A stretch of DNA of 64,000 nucleotides. Source: Gemmatimonadales bacterium. GTDB taxonomy: Bacteria > Gemmatimonadota > Gemmatimonadetes > Gemmatimonadales > GWC2-71-9. Made by a program: the position numbers and the translations under genes. The stretch spans positions 105 to 64,104 of the forward strand of contig JAWOLH010000017.1 in assembly GCA_033853695.1 (NCBI GenBank), given 5' to 3'. Position 1 is the stretch's first letter; every line of letters begins with the position of its first letter. The notes beneath the pieces were generated by a model. It was given only the letters and a program-made list of their open reading frames with translations. It ran no database searches and was not told where the DNA came from. Positions 36,608 through 45,479 of this stretch are shown here, one piece after another.

Positions 36608-37033
36608 ATGTATCTCACCACGAATCGCATCAACCGGATGCTGAGCGATCTCTTCAATGACGTCGACTGGCCGCTCCGGGATGGCACGCACGCGTCCTGG
36701 GTGCCAGCGGTGGACGTGCTGGAGCAGGCCGACGCGATCCGAATCTCGGCCGAGCTCCCCGGTGTGAAGCCGGAGGACGTGAAGATCTCGGTCGAGGCGA
36801 ACGTCCTCACCGTCGAGGGCACGAAGCAGCAGGTGGCCGAGGAGCAGACCGAGCGCGTGCACCGGTATGAGCGGACCTACGGCTCGTTCGCACGCACGTT
36901 TACGCTGCCTGCGACGGTGGATACGGCGAAGATCAAGGCCGCGTACGACAACGGCGTGCTCACGATCGCGCTGCCCAAGGCCGAGCAGGCGAAGCCGCGG
37001 CAGATCGCGGTCGAAGTCGGCAAGAAGAGCTGA
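36608..37033 (+). CDS. Hsp20/alpha-crystallin small heat-shock protein
   Basis: GAAGGAG RBS 9 nt upstream of ATG 36608. The alpha-crystallin core runs from PAVDVLEQADAIRISAELPGVKPEDV through AYDNGVLTIALPK. Confidence 0.9.
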   Translation: MYLTTNRINRMLSDLFNDVDWPLRDGTHASWVPAVDVLEQADAIRISAELPGVKPEDVKISVEANVLTVEGTKQQVAEEQTERVHRYERTYGSFARTFTLPATVDTAKIKAAYDNGVLTIALPKAEQAKPRQIAVEVGKKS

Positions 37034-37034
37034 G

Positions 37035-37340
37035 CTAGCCCACCCCCCGTACCTGGGCGCCGAGCCGGGCTTCGATCTGAGAGTTCGGCACGGCCTCGGC
37101 GCCCAGCCCCCGCGCCGCGCGCAGCCGCTCCGCATCGACATGGGAGCCGAATGCGATCACGGGAATGCCTCGCCCCACGCCTTCGCGGATGCGCGCTTCC
37201 CACTCCTCCGACTCCAGCTCGACCACGAGCACGTCGGCGGTTGATGCATCGCGGGTTACCTCTGCGCCGGCGGCGCGCACCACGCCCCGTAGTTTGCCGC
37301 GAAACATCAAATCTCGGGTGGAGAGAAAAACCCGGCTCAA
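37035..37340 (-). CDS. Hypothetical protein (about 90-101 aa)
   Basis: Coding-like GC3 pattern. The start is ambiguous: TTG 37340 sits in the T-tract of the upstream hairpin, and ATG 37307 is the alternative. Confidence 0.45.
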   Translation of the reverse strand: MSRVFLSTRDLMFRGKLRGVVRAAGAEVTRDASTADVLVVELESEEWEARIREGVGRGIPVIAFGSHVDAERLRAARGLGAEAVPNSQIEARLGAQVRGVG

Positions 37341-37416
37341 AATCGAATGTCCAATGGCCGATACCCAATGTCGAATACCAGAGTCTCGACATTGGACATT
37401 GGATATTCGACATTCG
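37341..37416 (-). repeat. AT-rich inverted array of heptamer repeats (GACATTN / NAATGTC), long imperfect hairpin after glyQS
   Basis: Plus strand reads cgAATGTCcAATGgccgatacccAATGTCgAATAcc...GACATTgGACATTgGATATTcGACATTcg. On the transcribed strand it folds into helices of 7, 6 and 10 bp, followed by AUUUUG. Confidence 0.6.
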
Positions 37417-38754
37417 TCATTTGCCTATCTTCTTCTTGAGATAATCGACGAGGGTGTCCGCGCTCACCCTGTCTTGCAGGAGCGTGTCCCGGTCACGAAC
37501 GGTCACCGTCTGGTCCTGCGTCGACTGCCCGTCGACCGTGATGCCGAACGGCGTCCCCGCCTCGTCCTGGCGCCGATAGCGCCGCCCGATCGAGCCGCCG
37601 TCGTCGTGGAAGACGTTGAAGTGCCGGCGCAGATCGTCGTAGATACGCCGCGCCAGCTCGGGCATCCCGTCCTTGTTCACCAGCGGGAACACGGCGGCCT
37701 TCAGGGGCGCAAGAGCCGGAATGAAGCGCATCACCACGCGCTTCTCTCCCGCCACTTCCTCCTCGGCATACGCGTCGACCATCGCGACGAGCGTCGCCCG
37801 GTCCGCGCCCGCAGACGTCTCGATGACGTAGGGGACGAAGCGCTCGTTCGTCGCCGTGTCCACGTACTCAAGCTTCTTCCCTGAGTACTGCTGGTGGCGC
37901 GAGAGATCGAAATCGGTCCGGTTGTGGATCCCCTCGAACTCCTGCCAGCCGAAGGGAAATTCGTACTGGATATCGTAGGCGTCCTTGGCGTAGTGCGCCA
38001 ACTCGTCCTTGCCGTGCTGGTGGAAGCGCAGCTTCTCCGCTCGTATGCCGAGCGCCTGCACCCATTGCATGCGCTGCGCCTTCCAGAACTCGAACCACTC
38101 CTGGTCGGTCCCCGGCTTCACGAAGAACTGCATCTCCATCTGCTCGAACTCACGCGTCCGGAAGGTGAAATTGCCCGGCGTGATTTCGTTGCGGAACGCC
38201 TTGCCGACCTGCGCGATCCCGAAGGGCACCTTCTGGCGGGACGCCTGCAGCACGTTCAGATAGTTGACGTAGATCCCCTGCGCCGTCTCCGGCCGGAGAT
38301 ACACGATCGCGGCGGCCTCCTCCACCGGCCCCATGAACGTCTTGAACATGAGGTTGAAGAGCCGGGGCGCGGTGAGCGTGCCGCGGCTGCCGCAGACGGG
38401 GCACTGCGCCTCCGGCGTCCCCGGCGTCCCCTTGATGCGGGGATCGTCGGCCCGAAACCGGTTCTTGCACTGCTTGCAGTCTACGAGGGGATCGGTGAAC
38501 CCGGCGACGTGGCCCGACGCTTCCCACACCTTGGGATGCATGAGGATGGCGGCGTCGAGCCCCTCGATATCCTCCCGCTCGTGCACCATGGAGCGCCACC
38601 AGCGCTCCTTGATGTTCTTCTTGAGCTCGACACCGAGCGGTCCGTAATCCCAGACCGAGCCGAGACCACCGTAGATCTCCGAAGACTGAAATACGAAACC
38701 GCGCCGCTTCGCGAGCGACACGAGCTTGTCCATCACATTGTCGGCAGAAGGCAT
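37417..38754 (-). CDS. glyQS: Glycine--tRNA ligase (homodimeric class II)
   Basis: FQSSEIYGGLGSVWDYGPLGVELKKNI, YLRPETAQG, GIAQVGKAFRNE motifs. Confidence 0.92.
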   Translation of the reverse strand: MPSADNVMDKLVSLAKRRGFVFQSSEIYGGLGSVWDYGPLGVELKKNIKERWWRSMVHEREDIEGLDAAILMHPKVWEASGHVAGFTDPLVDCKQCKNRFRADDPRIKGTPGTPEAQCPVCGSRGTLTAPRLFNLMFKTFMGPVEEAAAIVYLRPETAQGIYVNYLNVLQASRQKVPFGIAQVGKAFRNEITPGNFTFRTREFEQMEMQFFVKPGTDQEWFEFWKAQRMQWVQALGIRAEKLRFHQHGKDELAHYAKDAYDIQYEFPFGWQEFEGIHNRTDFDLSRHQQYSGKKLEYVDTATNERFVPYVIETSAGADRATLVAMVDAYAEEEVAGEKRVVMRFIPALAPLKAAVFPLVNKDGMPELARRIYDDLRRHFNVFHDDGGSIGRRYRRQDEAGTPFGITVDGQSTQDQTVTVRDRDTLLQDRVSADTLVDYLKKKIGK

Positions 38755-38778
38755 AGGAGCCGGGAAGATAGAAACGGC

Positions 38779-39861
38779 TCAGGAGCCGGGCAACCCGAAC
38801 ACGACACGTGTCGCCCGCGCGGCGAGCGCCGCGAGCCCCGCCGTGTCGAGCGTCCCGCCGTCGCCCGCGACGATGGAGACGCCGGCGCAGGGCGTCGCGC
38901 GCCCGGCGACGAGCGCGACCCTCTTCCTGGCCCGCTGGGCCCGCTTGATGACTTCCCCCGTGACCTTGCCGAGCAGGGATGTCTCATCGAATGCCCCTTC
39001 CCCGGTGATCACGAGGTCCGCCTTGGCGAGGGCCGCATCGAATCCGATGCGATCGAGCACCCACGCCGCCCCGGGAACCAGTTCGGCTCGCGCAAAAAAG
39101 ACGAGTCCGGCCCCGAGCCCTCCCGCGGCGCCGCCTCCCTCGAGCGCGGCGAGATCACCGCGGCCGCTCGCGGCCATCGCGCCGGCCAATCGGTCGAGTC
39201 CGGCGGCCAGCCGCTTGACTGCCGCGGGCGACGCCCCCTTCTGAGGGGCGAAGACCGGCGCGGCTCCCTGCGGTCCGACGAGCGGGGTGCGGACATCAGT
39301 CAATGCCAGGATGCGGGCGCCGAACTCCCACCCGGCGCTCCAGTCGGCCAGCTCCGTGAGCGCCGCACCTCCCTCCCGGAGGGGCACCCCGTTCAGATCC
39401 CGAAAGGTCCACCCCAGGCCCCGCGCCGCCCCCACACCGCCATCGACTGAAGCCGAGCCTCCCAGGCCGACGATGATCGTGCGGGCGCCGCGATCGGCCG
39501 CCTCGACGAGCAGCTCCCCCACACCGCGGCTCGTCGCCTCGAGGGGATTGCGCCGGTCCGGTGACAGGAGGGCGAGACCGCAGGCACTCGCGCTCTCGAA
39601 GATCGCCGTCTCGGGGTCGATCCAGCCGAGCTCCGCCTGAACGGGAACGCCGAGCGGGCCCGTGGCCGGAAGATGCTCGCGTAACGCCGACGGACCGAGG
39701 ACGGCGTCGAGCAGCCCGTTCCCGCCGTCGGCGACGGGACAGGTGAGCACCGCAGCGTGCGGCAGCACCGATCGCGCGCCTTCGGCGAGGGCCTCGGCGA
39801 CCTGACGAGAGCCGTACGTGCCCTTGAAGGCTGTGGGAGCGACGAGAATCGTCTCAGCCAT
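38779..39861 (-). CDS. glxK: Glycerate kinase
   Basis: MAETILVAPTAFKGT, CPVADGGNG, VITGEGAFD motifs. ATG at 39861. Confidence 0.85.
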   Translation of the reverse strand: MAETILVAPTAFKGTYGSRQVAEALAEGARSVLPHAAVLTCPVADGGNGLLDAVLGPSALREHLPATGPLGVPVQAELGWIDPETAIFESASACGLALLSPDRRNPLEATSRGVGELLVEAADRGARTIIVGLGGSASVDGGVGAARGLGWTFRDLNGVPLREGGAALTELADWSAGWEFGARILALTDVRTPLVGPQGAAPVFAPQKGASPAAVKRLAAGLDRLAGAMAASGRGDLAALEGGGAAGGLGAGLVFFARAELVPGAAWVLDRIGFDAALAKADLVITGEGAFDETSLLGKVTGEVIKRAQRARKRVALVAGRATPCAGVSIVAGDGGTLDTAGLAALAARATRVVFGLPGS

Positions 39862-40082
39862 GACGTGGGCAGATAGGGTACGGGCCGGGTCGCGACCGCG
39901 CCACACGCCGCAACCTGCGGCATTGCGGGAAAAAAGCGGCAGTCGTGCGCGGCATCACAAGGCTACAATGTCTTGACGGGTAATAACTTAGACTACGATT
40001 TCGATCGGCATCGAGCTTGCGGATTTCCCGTGCAAGCCGGTTCGCACGTATCGGACACGGGCGCCCGATCGGGCGGCGGCGG

Positions 40083-40117
40083 CCCCCCGGGGGAAACTCC
40101 GGGGGGTGCTTTTTTTA
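40083..40117 (+). terminator. Intrinsic-terminator-like GC hairpin with GAAA loop and T7 tract (plus-strand orientation)
   Basis: CCCCCCGGGG-GAAA-CUCCGGGGGG followed by TGCTTTTTTT. On the minus strand the same hairpin follows the acylase stop but has no trailing U-tract. Confidence 0.6.
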
Positions 40118-42394
40118 GGGCACCAGCCGGAGCGTATCTGTCGCCTGCACCCGTCGCACGTCCACCGGCACAATCCACAGCCGGCCCTCGATCCAGCGAT
40201 CCGTCTGATCGCGATAGTGGCGTGAGCGGGGATTCCCCGACTCCCCTGCGGGGAGAATGAAGCCGCCCGCCCCATCGACGTCCCCGAAGTCCACCACGTG
40301 CCGCATCGACGGGCCTTCGGTGCAGTGAAACGGCGGAACGAATTCGTTGGACGGACAGACGTTCACCGTCTGATTGCCACCACCCAAGTCGAGCGGACCG
40401 ATGTCGAACCCGGCGAGCGCGCCGACCAGCGGGATCGAGCCAAGTGGGTGCTGCTCGGTGTGTGTGTGGACCGTCCCCCAGACCCGCGGCGTGCCGCGGG
40501 TCAGCACGCTGTCCATCGCCCACCGGGCGATCACGGCCAGGTCCTCGTGCTGCGGCGTGCGGACGTCGTCGAACCACGGGCTCTGCCCGCGGAACAGCCA
40601 CTGGTGCAATGGCGCCTGTGGCCGGTAGTTCGGCGACTCGTCGTCATAGGTCAGGGCCTGCAGCTCGCGATACCAGCTCCACACCAGCGTCGGCTCAGTG
40701 CGCTGGAGACTCATCTCGCCGTCCCAATGAGCGATCCGGTCCGCGACATCAGGGTGCCCGTCGTCCCGCGCCGCCTGCTCCACGATCGGCTTGATGCGCC
40801 GCAGGAAGACGTTCTCGACGTCCAGTTCTTCGTCCGCCACCGTCGCGGCGGTCGCTCCCGAGTCACGCCGGACCATTTCCCAGATGCGCTGCGCACGATA
40901 CGGGAGGTCGTAATCGGCGCGGACCGGAATGGGAAACGCATCACCCACGATCCGGTTGTTGGCGGTGACGATGAACCCCGAAGCGGGATCGACTTCGCGC
41001 GGCAGCTCCGCCACGCGCAAGAACCGTGTCCACCCGCCCGTCCCGGTCCATCCCTGCTCCGGCATCGACCCGTCACCGGACCGTCGCACCGGCACGTACC
41101 CGGCGAGATCGTAGGCGATGGTGCCGCTCCGGTCGGCGTAGACGATGTTCTGCTCCGGCACGCGGAACGTCCCGATGGCGGATTCGAACTCGGCGAGGTT
41201 CGTCGCCCGCGCCATGCCCACGAGCGCGGCCAGCTCGTCGGACGGCGTCTGGGCCGTCCACCGCATCGCATACGCAGTTTGGGAATCGGCCCGCCAACCG
41301 ACGTCGACCAGGGGACCGTCCGCGGTGCGCCGCCGCAGGTACACGTCGGGGTCGGCCCCCTTGATCCGGATCGTCTCGGCTACCGTTTCGACCGGGACCC
41401 ATCCGCCGATGGTGAGGTAGCGGCTGGTGTCGGGCGTGATGCGCTCCTGGACGTAGTCGACGTCATCGATCATCCCGTTCGTGAATCCCCACCCATGGTC
41501 GGCGGTATGGCCCAGCACGACCGGCGGCAATCCGGGGATCGTGACCCCCACGATCTCGTATCCCGGAGCGTGGATGCCCGCGAGATACCAGATCGACGGC
41601 GCGGAGAGCGTGAGGTGCGGATCGTTCTCGAGGATCGGCTTCCCGGAGCGCGTGTGGGCCGGTCCGATCGCCCACGAGTTGGACGCCGTGGCGGTCGGTT
41701 CTCCCTGGGGTGTTTCGCGCGCCGCGACTCGAGGCCCGGTCGTCGCCTCGACGATGATGGGAGCGGAGTCGGGATAGGGCAGGAAGAGGTCGGCCGCCTT
41801 GGCGGCGCCGAGCGTCGCCACGGCTCGGGCGTGGGCGATTTCACCGTTGTCGGAATGCAGGTCCCACGCCTCGAGCAGCGCGATCTCGATCGACTGCTCC
41901 GGGTGCCACGGCTCGGGGACGTGCCCGAGCAGGCGGAGCTCGGGGGGCCTCCATCCTGTCGCGATCCAGGCGTTGACACCCTTTGTATAAGCCGCCGCCA
42001 CCCGCTTCGTCAACGCGGAGGACCGCGCGAGGCGCGCACGGGCGATGGCCGAGATTTCCCGGGCGCGGAAGGCGCGGTCGGCCGCCAGCATACGGCGCCC
42101 AAACAGCTCGCTCAACCGCCCCTCGGCCGCGTGACGCAACAGATCCATTTCCCACAGCCGGTCGCGCGCGTGCAGGTATCCCAGCGCGGCGAACGCGTCG
42201 GAGTCGCTCGTGGCGATGATGCTGGGAACGGCGAGGGAATCCCACAGGACGACGACCGAGTCACCCAGGCCGGGCAGCGACTCGCGCCCCGAGAGCGGCG
42301 GCGCCGCCCTCCCCACCCAGAACCGGAATCCACCCGCCGCGCTGAGGCAGAGCACGGCCAGCACGGCCGCCGCGCGGGTGACGATCCGTCTCAC
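40115..42394 (-). CDS. Penicillin acylase-family Ntn hydrolase (penicillin amidase / AHL acylase-like), secreted
   Basis: The autoprocessing nucleophile is in SNSWAIGP, followed by ENDPHL. Signal-like N-terminus. GTG 42394 overlaps the purA stop (GTGA). Confidence 0.85.
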   Translation of the reverse strand: MRRIVTRAAAVLAVLCLSAAGGFRFWVGRAAPPLSGRESLPGLGDSVVVLWDSLAVPSIIATSDSDAFAALGYLHARDRLWEMDLLRHAAEGRLSELFGRRMLAADRAFRAREISAIARARLARSSALTKRVAAAYTKGVNAWIATGWRPPELRLLGHVPEPWHPEQSIEIALLEAWDLHSDNGEIAHARAVATLGAAKAADLFLPYPDSAPIIVEATTGPRVAARETPQGEPTATASNSWAIGPAHTRSGKPILENDPHLTLSAPSIWYLAGIHAPGYEIVGVTIPGLPPVVLGHTADHGWGFTNGMIDDVDYVQERITPDTSRYLTIGGWVPVETVAETIRIKGADPDVYLRRRTADGPLVDVGWRADSQTAYAMRWTAQTPSDELAALVGMARATNLAEFESAIGTFRVPEQNIVYADRSGTIAYDLAGYVPVRRSGDGSMPEQGWTGTGGWTRFLRVAELPREVDPASGFIVTANNRIVGDAFPIPVRADYDLPYRAQRIWEMVRRDSGATAATVADEELDVENVFLRRIKPIVEQAARDDGHPDVADRIAHWDGEMSLQRTEPTLVWSWYRELQALTYDDESPNYRPQAPLHQWLFRGQSPWFDDVRTPQHEDLAVIARWAMDSVLTRGTPRVWGTVHTHTEQHPLGSIPLVGALAGFDIGPLDLGGGNQTVNVCPSNEFVPPFHCTEGPSMRHVVDFGDVDGAGGFILPAGESGNPRSRHYRDQTDRWIEGRLWIVPVDVRRVQATDTLRLVP

Positions 42395-43674
42395 AGCACT
42401 TCGATGATCTGGTCGCGCCGCGTCCCGACGCTCACGTAGCGAATCGGCGCGTGCGAGAGGTCCTGGAGCCGGTCGAGGTAACTGCGGGCGGCGGCGGGGA
42501 GATCGGCGAGGCGGCGCGCGCCGCTCGTCGGCTGGCGCCATCCCGGGAGCGTCTCGTAGACGGGCTCGACGCGGCCCATACGCTCGAGATCGGCCGGCAT
42601 CCCCTCGATCGCCTCGCCGTCGAGACGGTATTCCACGGCGACCGGGATCTCGTCGAAGCTGTCGAGCACGTCGAGCTTCGTGACCGCCAGGCCGGTGAGG
42701 CCGTTGACGCGCACGGCATAACGCACCACCTTCGCGTCGAACCAGCCACAGCGGCGCGGACGCCCGGTCGTCGCGCCGAATTCAGCGCCCAGCTTCCGGA
42801 TCCGCTCGGCCACCGCCGGTTCCGCCTCGGTCGGCAGCGGGCCGTTGCCGACTCGCGTCGTGTACGCCTTCACGACGCCCAGCACGGCGTCGATCGCCGT
42901 CGGCCCGATTCCCGCCCCCACCGCCGCGCCGCCCGCCGTGGTGTTCGACGACGTGACGTACGGGTAGGTGCCGTGATCGACGTCGAGCAGCGCACCTTGC
43001 GCGCCTTCGAGCAGCACGGCATCCCCACGTCGCAGCGCCTCGTGCACGACGTAGCCGGCGTCGACGGCCAGCGGCAGGAGGCGCGGGGCCAGGCGCTCGA
43101 GCAGCTGGGCGTGCTCCGCCGCATCGGCCCGGTCGGGACTGCCCAGCATCGCGAGCATCTCGTTGGCGCTGGCCACGCGCGCCGACACCAGCTCGCAGGC
43201 ACGTCCCAGGCTGCGCAGGTCTCCGACGCGAACGCCGCGGCGCCCGTACTTGTCCTCGTACGTCGGTCCGATACCCCGGCCCGTCGTCCCGATCTGCTCC
43301 TGCTTTTCGCGCGCCCGGTCCAGCAGTTTGTGATAGGGAAACGTGAGATGGGCGCGGTCGGAGATGAGCAGCTTGTGCTCGAGCTTCACGCCGCGCGCGG
43401 TGAGGGCGTCGACCTCGGTGAAGAAGGTCTCGGGGTCGAGCACGACTCCGTTCCCTACGACGCACACGGCGCCCTGCAGGATCCCCGAGGGGATCTGGTG
43501 CAGCACGAACGCGTCCCCCGCCCCGGTGTGGACCGTGTGGCCGGCGTTGGCGCCACCCTGGTAGCGGACGACGAGGTCGGCGCGCTCCGAGAGCACGTCG
43601 ACGATCTTCCCTTTGCCCTCGTCACCCCATTGCGCGCCGACCACGACGACGCAATGGACTTTGGGTCCAAACAC
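42391..43674 (-). CDS. purA: Adenylosuccinate synthetase
   Basis: VVVGAQWGDEGKGKIVD, GGANAGHTV, GTTGRGIGP motifs. Confidence 0.95.
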   Translation of the reverse strand: MFGPKVHCVVVVGAQWGDEGKGKIVDVLSERADLVVRYQGGANAGHTVHTGAGDAFVLHQIPSGILQGAVCVVGNGVVLDPETFFTEVDALTARGVKLEHKLLISDRAHLTFPYHKLLDRAREKQEQIGTTGRGIGPTYEDKYGRRGVRVGDLRSLGRACELVSARVASANEMLAMLGSPDRADAAEHAQLLERLAPRLLPLAVDAGYVVHEALRRGDAVLLEGAQGALLDVDHGTYPYVTSSNTTAGGAAVGAGIGPTAIDAVLGVVKAYTTRVGNGPLPTEAEPAVAERIRKLGAEFGATTGRPRRCGWFDAKVVRYAVRVNGLTGLAVTKLDVLDSFDEIPVAVEYRLDGEAIEGMPADLERMGRVEPVYETLPGWRQPTSGARRLADLPAAARSYLDRLQDLSHAPIRYVSVGTRRDQIIEVL

Positions 43675-43716
43675 GACACCTCCTAGACGCCGGGCCGCTG
43701 AGCCGCCGGGTGGGGA

Positions 43717-44604
43717 TCAGGAGTACGCAGCGAGGGACGCCGCGACGCCTCGCGCCACCTCGTCGACCCCCGTCAATGTAAGCCGGTTGGGTGCATCCCG
43801 TGATGTATGGACGATCTGCGCCGTCCCCCAGTCGCCCTTCATGATCGTGAGACATTCGCTGCAGGCCCGCGAGAGAACGAGCCCATCCACGACGACAGGC
43901 AGCCGGTGGCGCAGCCGGGCGCTCAAGGCGTCCGCCACGCTCTCGGTCACCGGACCCGGCCGATGAGCGAACGCGATCACGCGGCCGCGATCGTCGATGC
44001 CGTCGAAATTGATCACCGCCGTGTCCACCAACAGATTGGCGCGCTCGCGCACCAGGGCCCGCGCCCCCACGAGGCCCAGCTCCTCGGCATCCAGGAAGAT
44101 GGCGCCCACCGGAGCTTCGGGCGGCAGCTGATCGAGCACCGCGAGCACGGTGAGGACACCGCTGGCGTTGTCGACAGCGCCCGGTGACCGCTCGGTCACC
44201 ACGTTGAGGAGGAGGAACATCGCGGGGAGCACACCGATCGCGAGCCCCCACCAGGGATTCGCCCCGGCGAGCGTCGCCCCGAGGACGGCGGGAACCACCG
44301 CGCACGCCGCGGCGACGAGCAGCAGGCGGCCGGCCATCGAGAGCGGCTGCCCCTTCGAGTCGTAATGCGCCGTGAGCCACGTCGTCACGCGGACACGCGG
44401 ACGTACCGCGATCAGGTTGACGCCTTCGGCCGTCACCGGAGGGCGCAGGGGGAAGCGTGAGACGGCGGTGAAGCGGTGCTCCATGACGACGCAGCCGCGT
44501 GCCTCGAGCTCGCGCTTCAGCAGGTCCCGCGCAACGCGGTGGTGTGGTGTACCGACGAGTCGAGGGTGAGCGAGCGCATCGAGCAGCGCCCGGTACCCGA
44601 TCAT
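43717..44604 (-). CDS. M28-family metallopeptidase with an internal two-helix hydrophobic insertion
   Basis: M28 ligand motifs AHYDS, GAVDNASG, DAEELGLVGA, INFDG and a distal His. About 50 hydrophobic residues lie between the first His and first Asp ligands. ATG 44604 overlaps the upstream stop (ATGA). Confidence 0.7.
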   Translation of the reverse strand: MIGYRALLDALAHPRLVGTPHHRVARDLLKRELEARGCVVMEHRFTAVSRFPLRPPVTAEGVNLIAVRPRVRVTTWLTAHYDSKGQPLSMAGRLLLVAAACAVVPAVLGATLAGANPWWGLAIGVLPAMFLLLNVVTERSPGAVDNASGVLTVLAVLDQLPPEAPVGAIFLDAEELGLVGARALVRERANLLVDTAVINFDGIDDRGRVIAFAHRPGPVTESVADALSARLRHRLPVVVDGLVLSRACSECLTIMKGDWGTAQIVHTSRDAPNRLTLTGVDEVARGVAASLAAYS

Positions 44605-45479
44605 GCTGCCAGCAACTGGCCGATGCGATCGCGGTCGGGGGAAGCGAGCGGAGCGAGTGGGGGGCGCACCGGTCCGCCGTACAGGCCGACGCAGTCCATC
44701 GCCGCTTTGATTCCCGCCGGCCCCAGCTTCCCGACGATCTCCTTGTCGAGGGTGCCGAGGCGGGCCTGCAGCTCCCGGGCGCGTGCCCAGTCCCCGGCTT
44801 GCGCCGCCGTGAACAGATCGATGGAGAGCCGCGCGGCGAAGCAGGCGACCGCCATGATGCCCCCCTGGCAGTGCAGCTCCATCGCGCGGAGCAAGAGAGA
44901 GCCCGATCCGACGAGCAGCGACCACTGCGGCACCGCTTCGCGGTAGGCGGCGAGGTTGTCGGGGTTACCGGAGGAGTCCTTCGCGCCGACGATGTTGCCG
45001 TGTGCCGCGAGCTCGACCAGCAGGCCCGGGGCGAGAGGGAGCTGGGTGTACTTGGGAATGTTGTAGACCAGCACGGGTACGGGACAGGCATCGGCGACCG
45101 CCCGGAAGTAGCCCGCGAGACTGTCCGCGGAGTGGGCGGCGCTGAAATAGGACGGCGGCCGGACGAGCACGGCATCGGCTCCTTCCGCCGCCGCCGCGCG
45201 CGACAGCGCGATCGCACCCCGGGTGGACTCCGCGCCGGTCCCCGCGAGGAGCCACCGATCCCGCGGCACCACGGCCCGCAATGTGGCGATGAGGCGGCGC
45301 TGCTCGTCGGCGTCCAGCAACGGCGCCTCGCCCGTCGAGCCCGCGGTGAGGATGCCGTCGAGACCATCGGCCAGGAGGCGCCTGGCGTTCGCGGCCGCGT
45401 GCTCCAGATCGAGATCACCGCTCGACGGCTGGAACGGGGTCGCGATCGGTGCCAGGACCCCCCCGATCTTCCTGGTCAC
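44601..45479 (-). CDS. DapA/NAL-family pyruvate-dependent aldolase (4-hydroxy-tetrahydrodipicolinate synthase-like)
   Basis: GILTAGSTGEAPLL, YNIP, and IVGAKDSSG (Schiff-base Lys). GTG 45479 overlaps the pilT stop (GTGA). Confidence 0.8.
   Translation of the reverse strand: MTRKIGGVLAPIATPFQPSSGDLDLEHAAANARRLLADGLDGILTAGSTGEAPLLDADEQRRLIATLRAVVPRDRWLLAGTGAESTRGAIALSRAAAAEGADAVLVRPPSYFSAAHSADSLAGYFRAVADACPVPVLVYNIPKYTQLPLAPGLLVELAAHGNIVGAKDSSGNPDNLAAYREAVPQWSLLVGSGSLLLRAMELHCQGGIMAVACFAARLSIDLFTAAQAGDWARARELQARLGTLDKEIVGKLGPAGIKAAMDCVGLYGGPVRPPLAPLASPDRDRIGQLLAA

Noticed and set aside
39973-40260. 95-aa plus-strand ORF spanning the glxK-acylase intergenic region.
   Set aside because: It runs straight through the strong terminator hairpin and T-tract and into the acylase gene on the opposite strand. 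The translation is G/P/A-rich with no coding signature, so an sRNA is the more plausible plus-strand product, if there is one.
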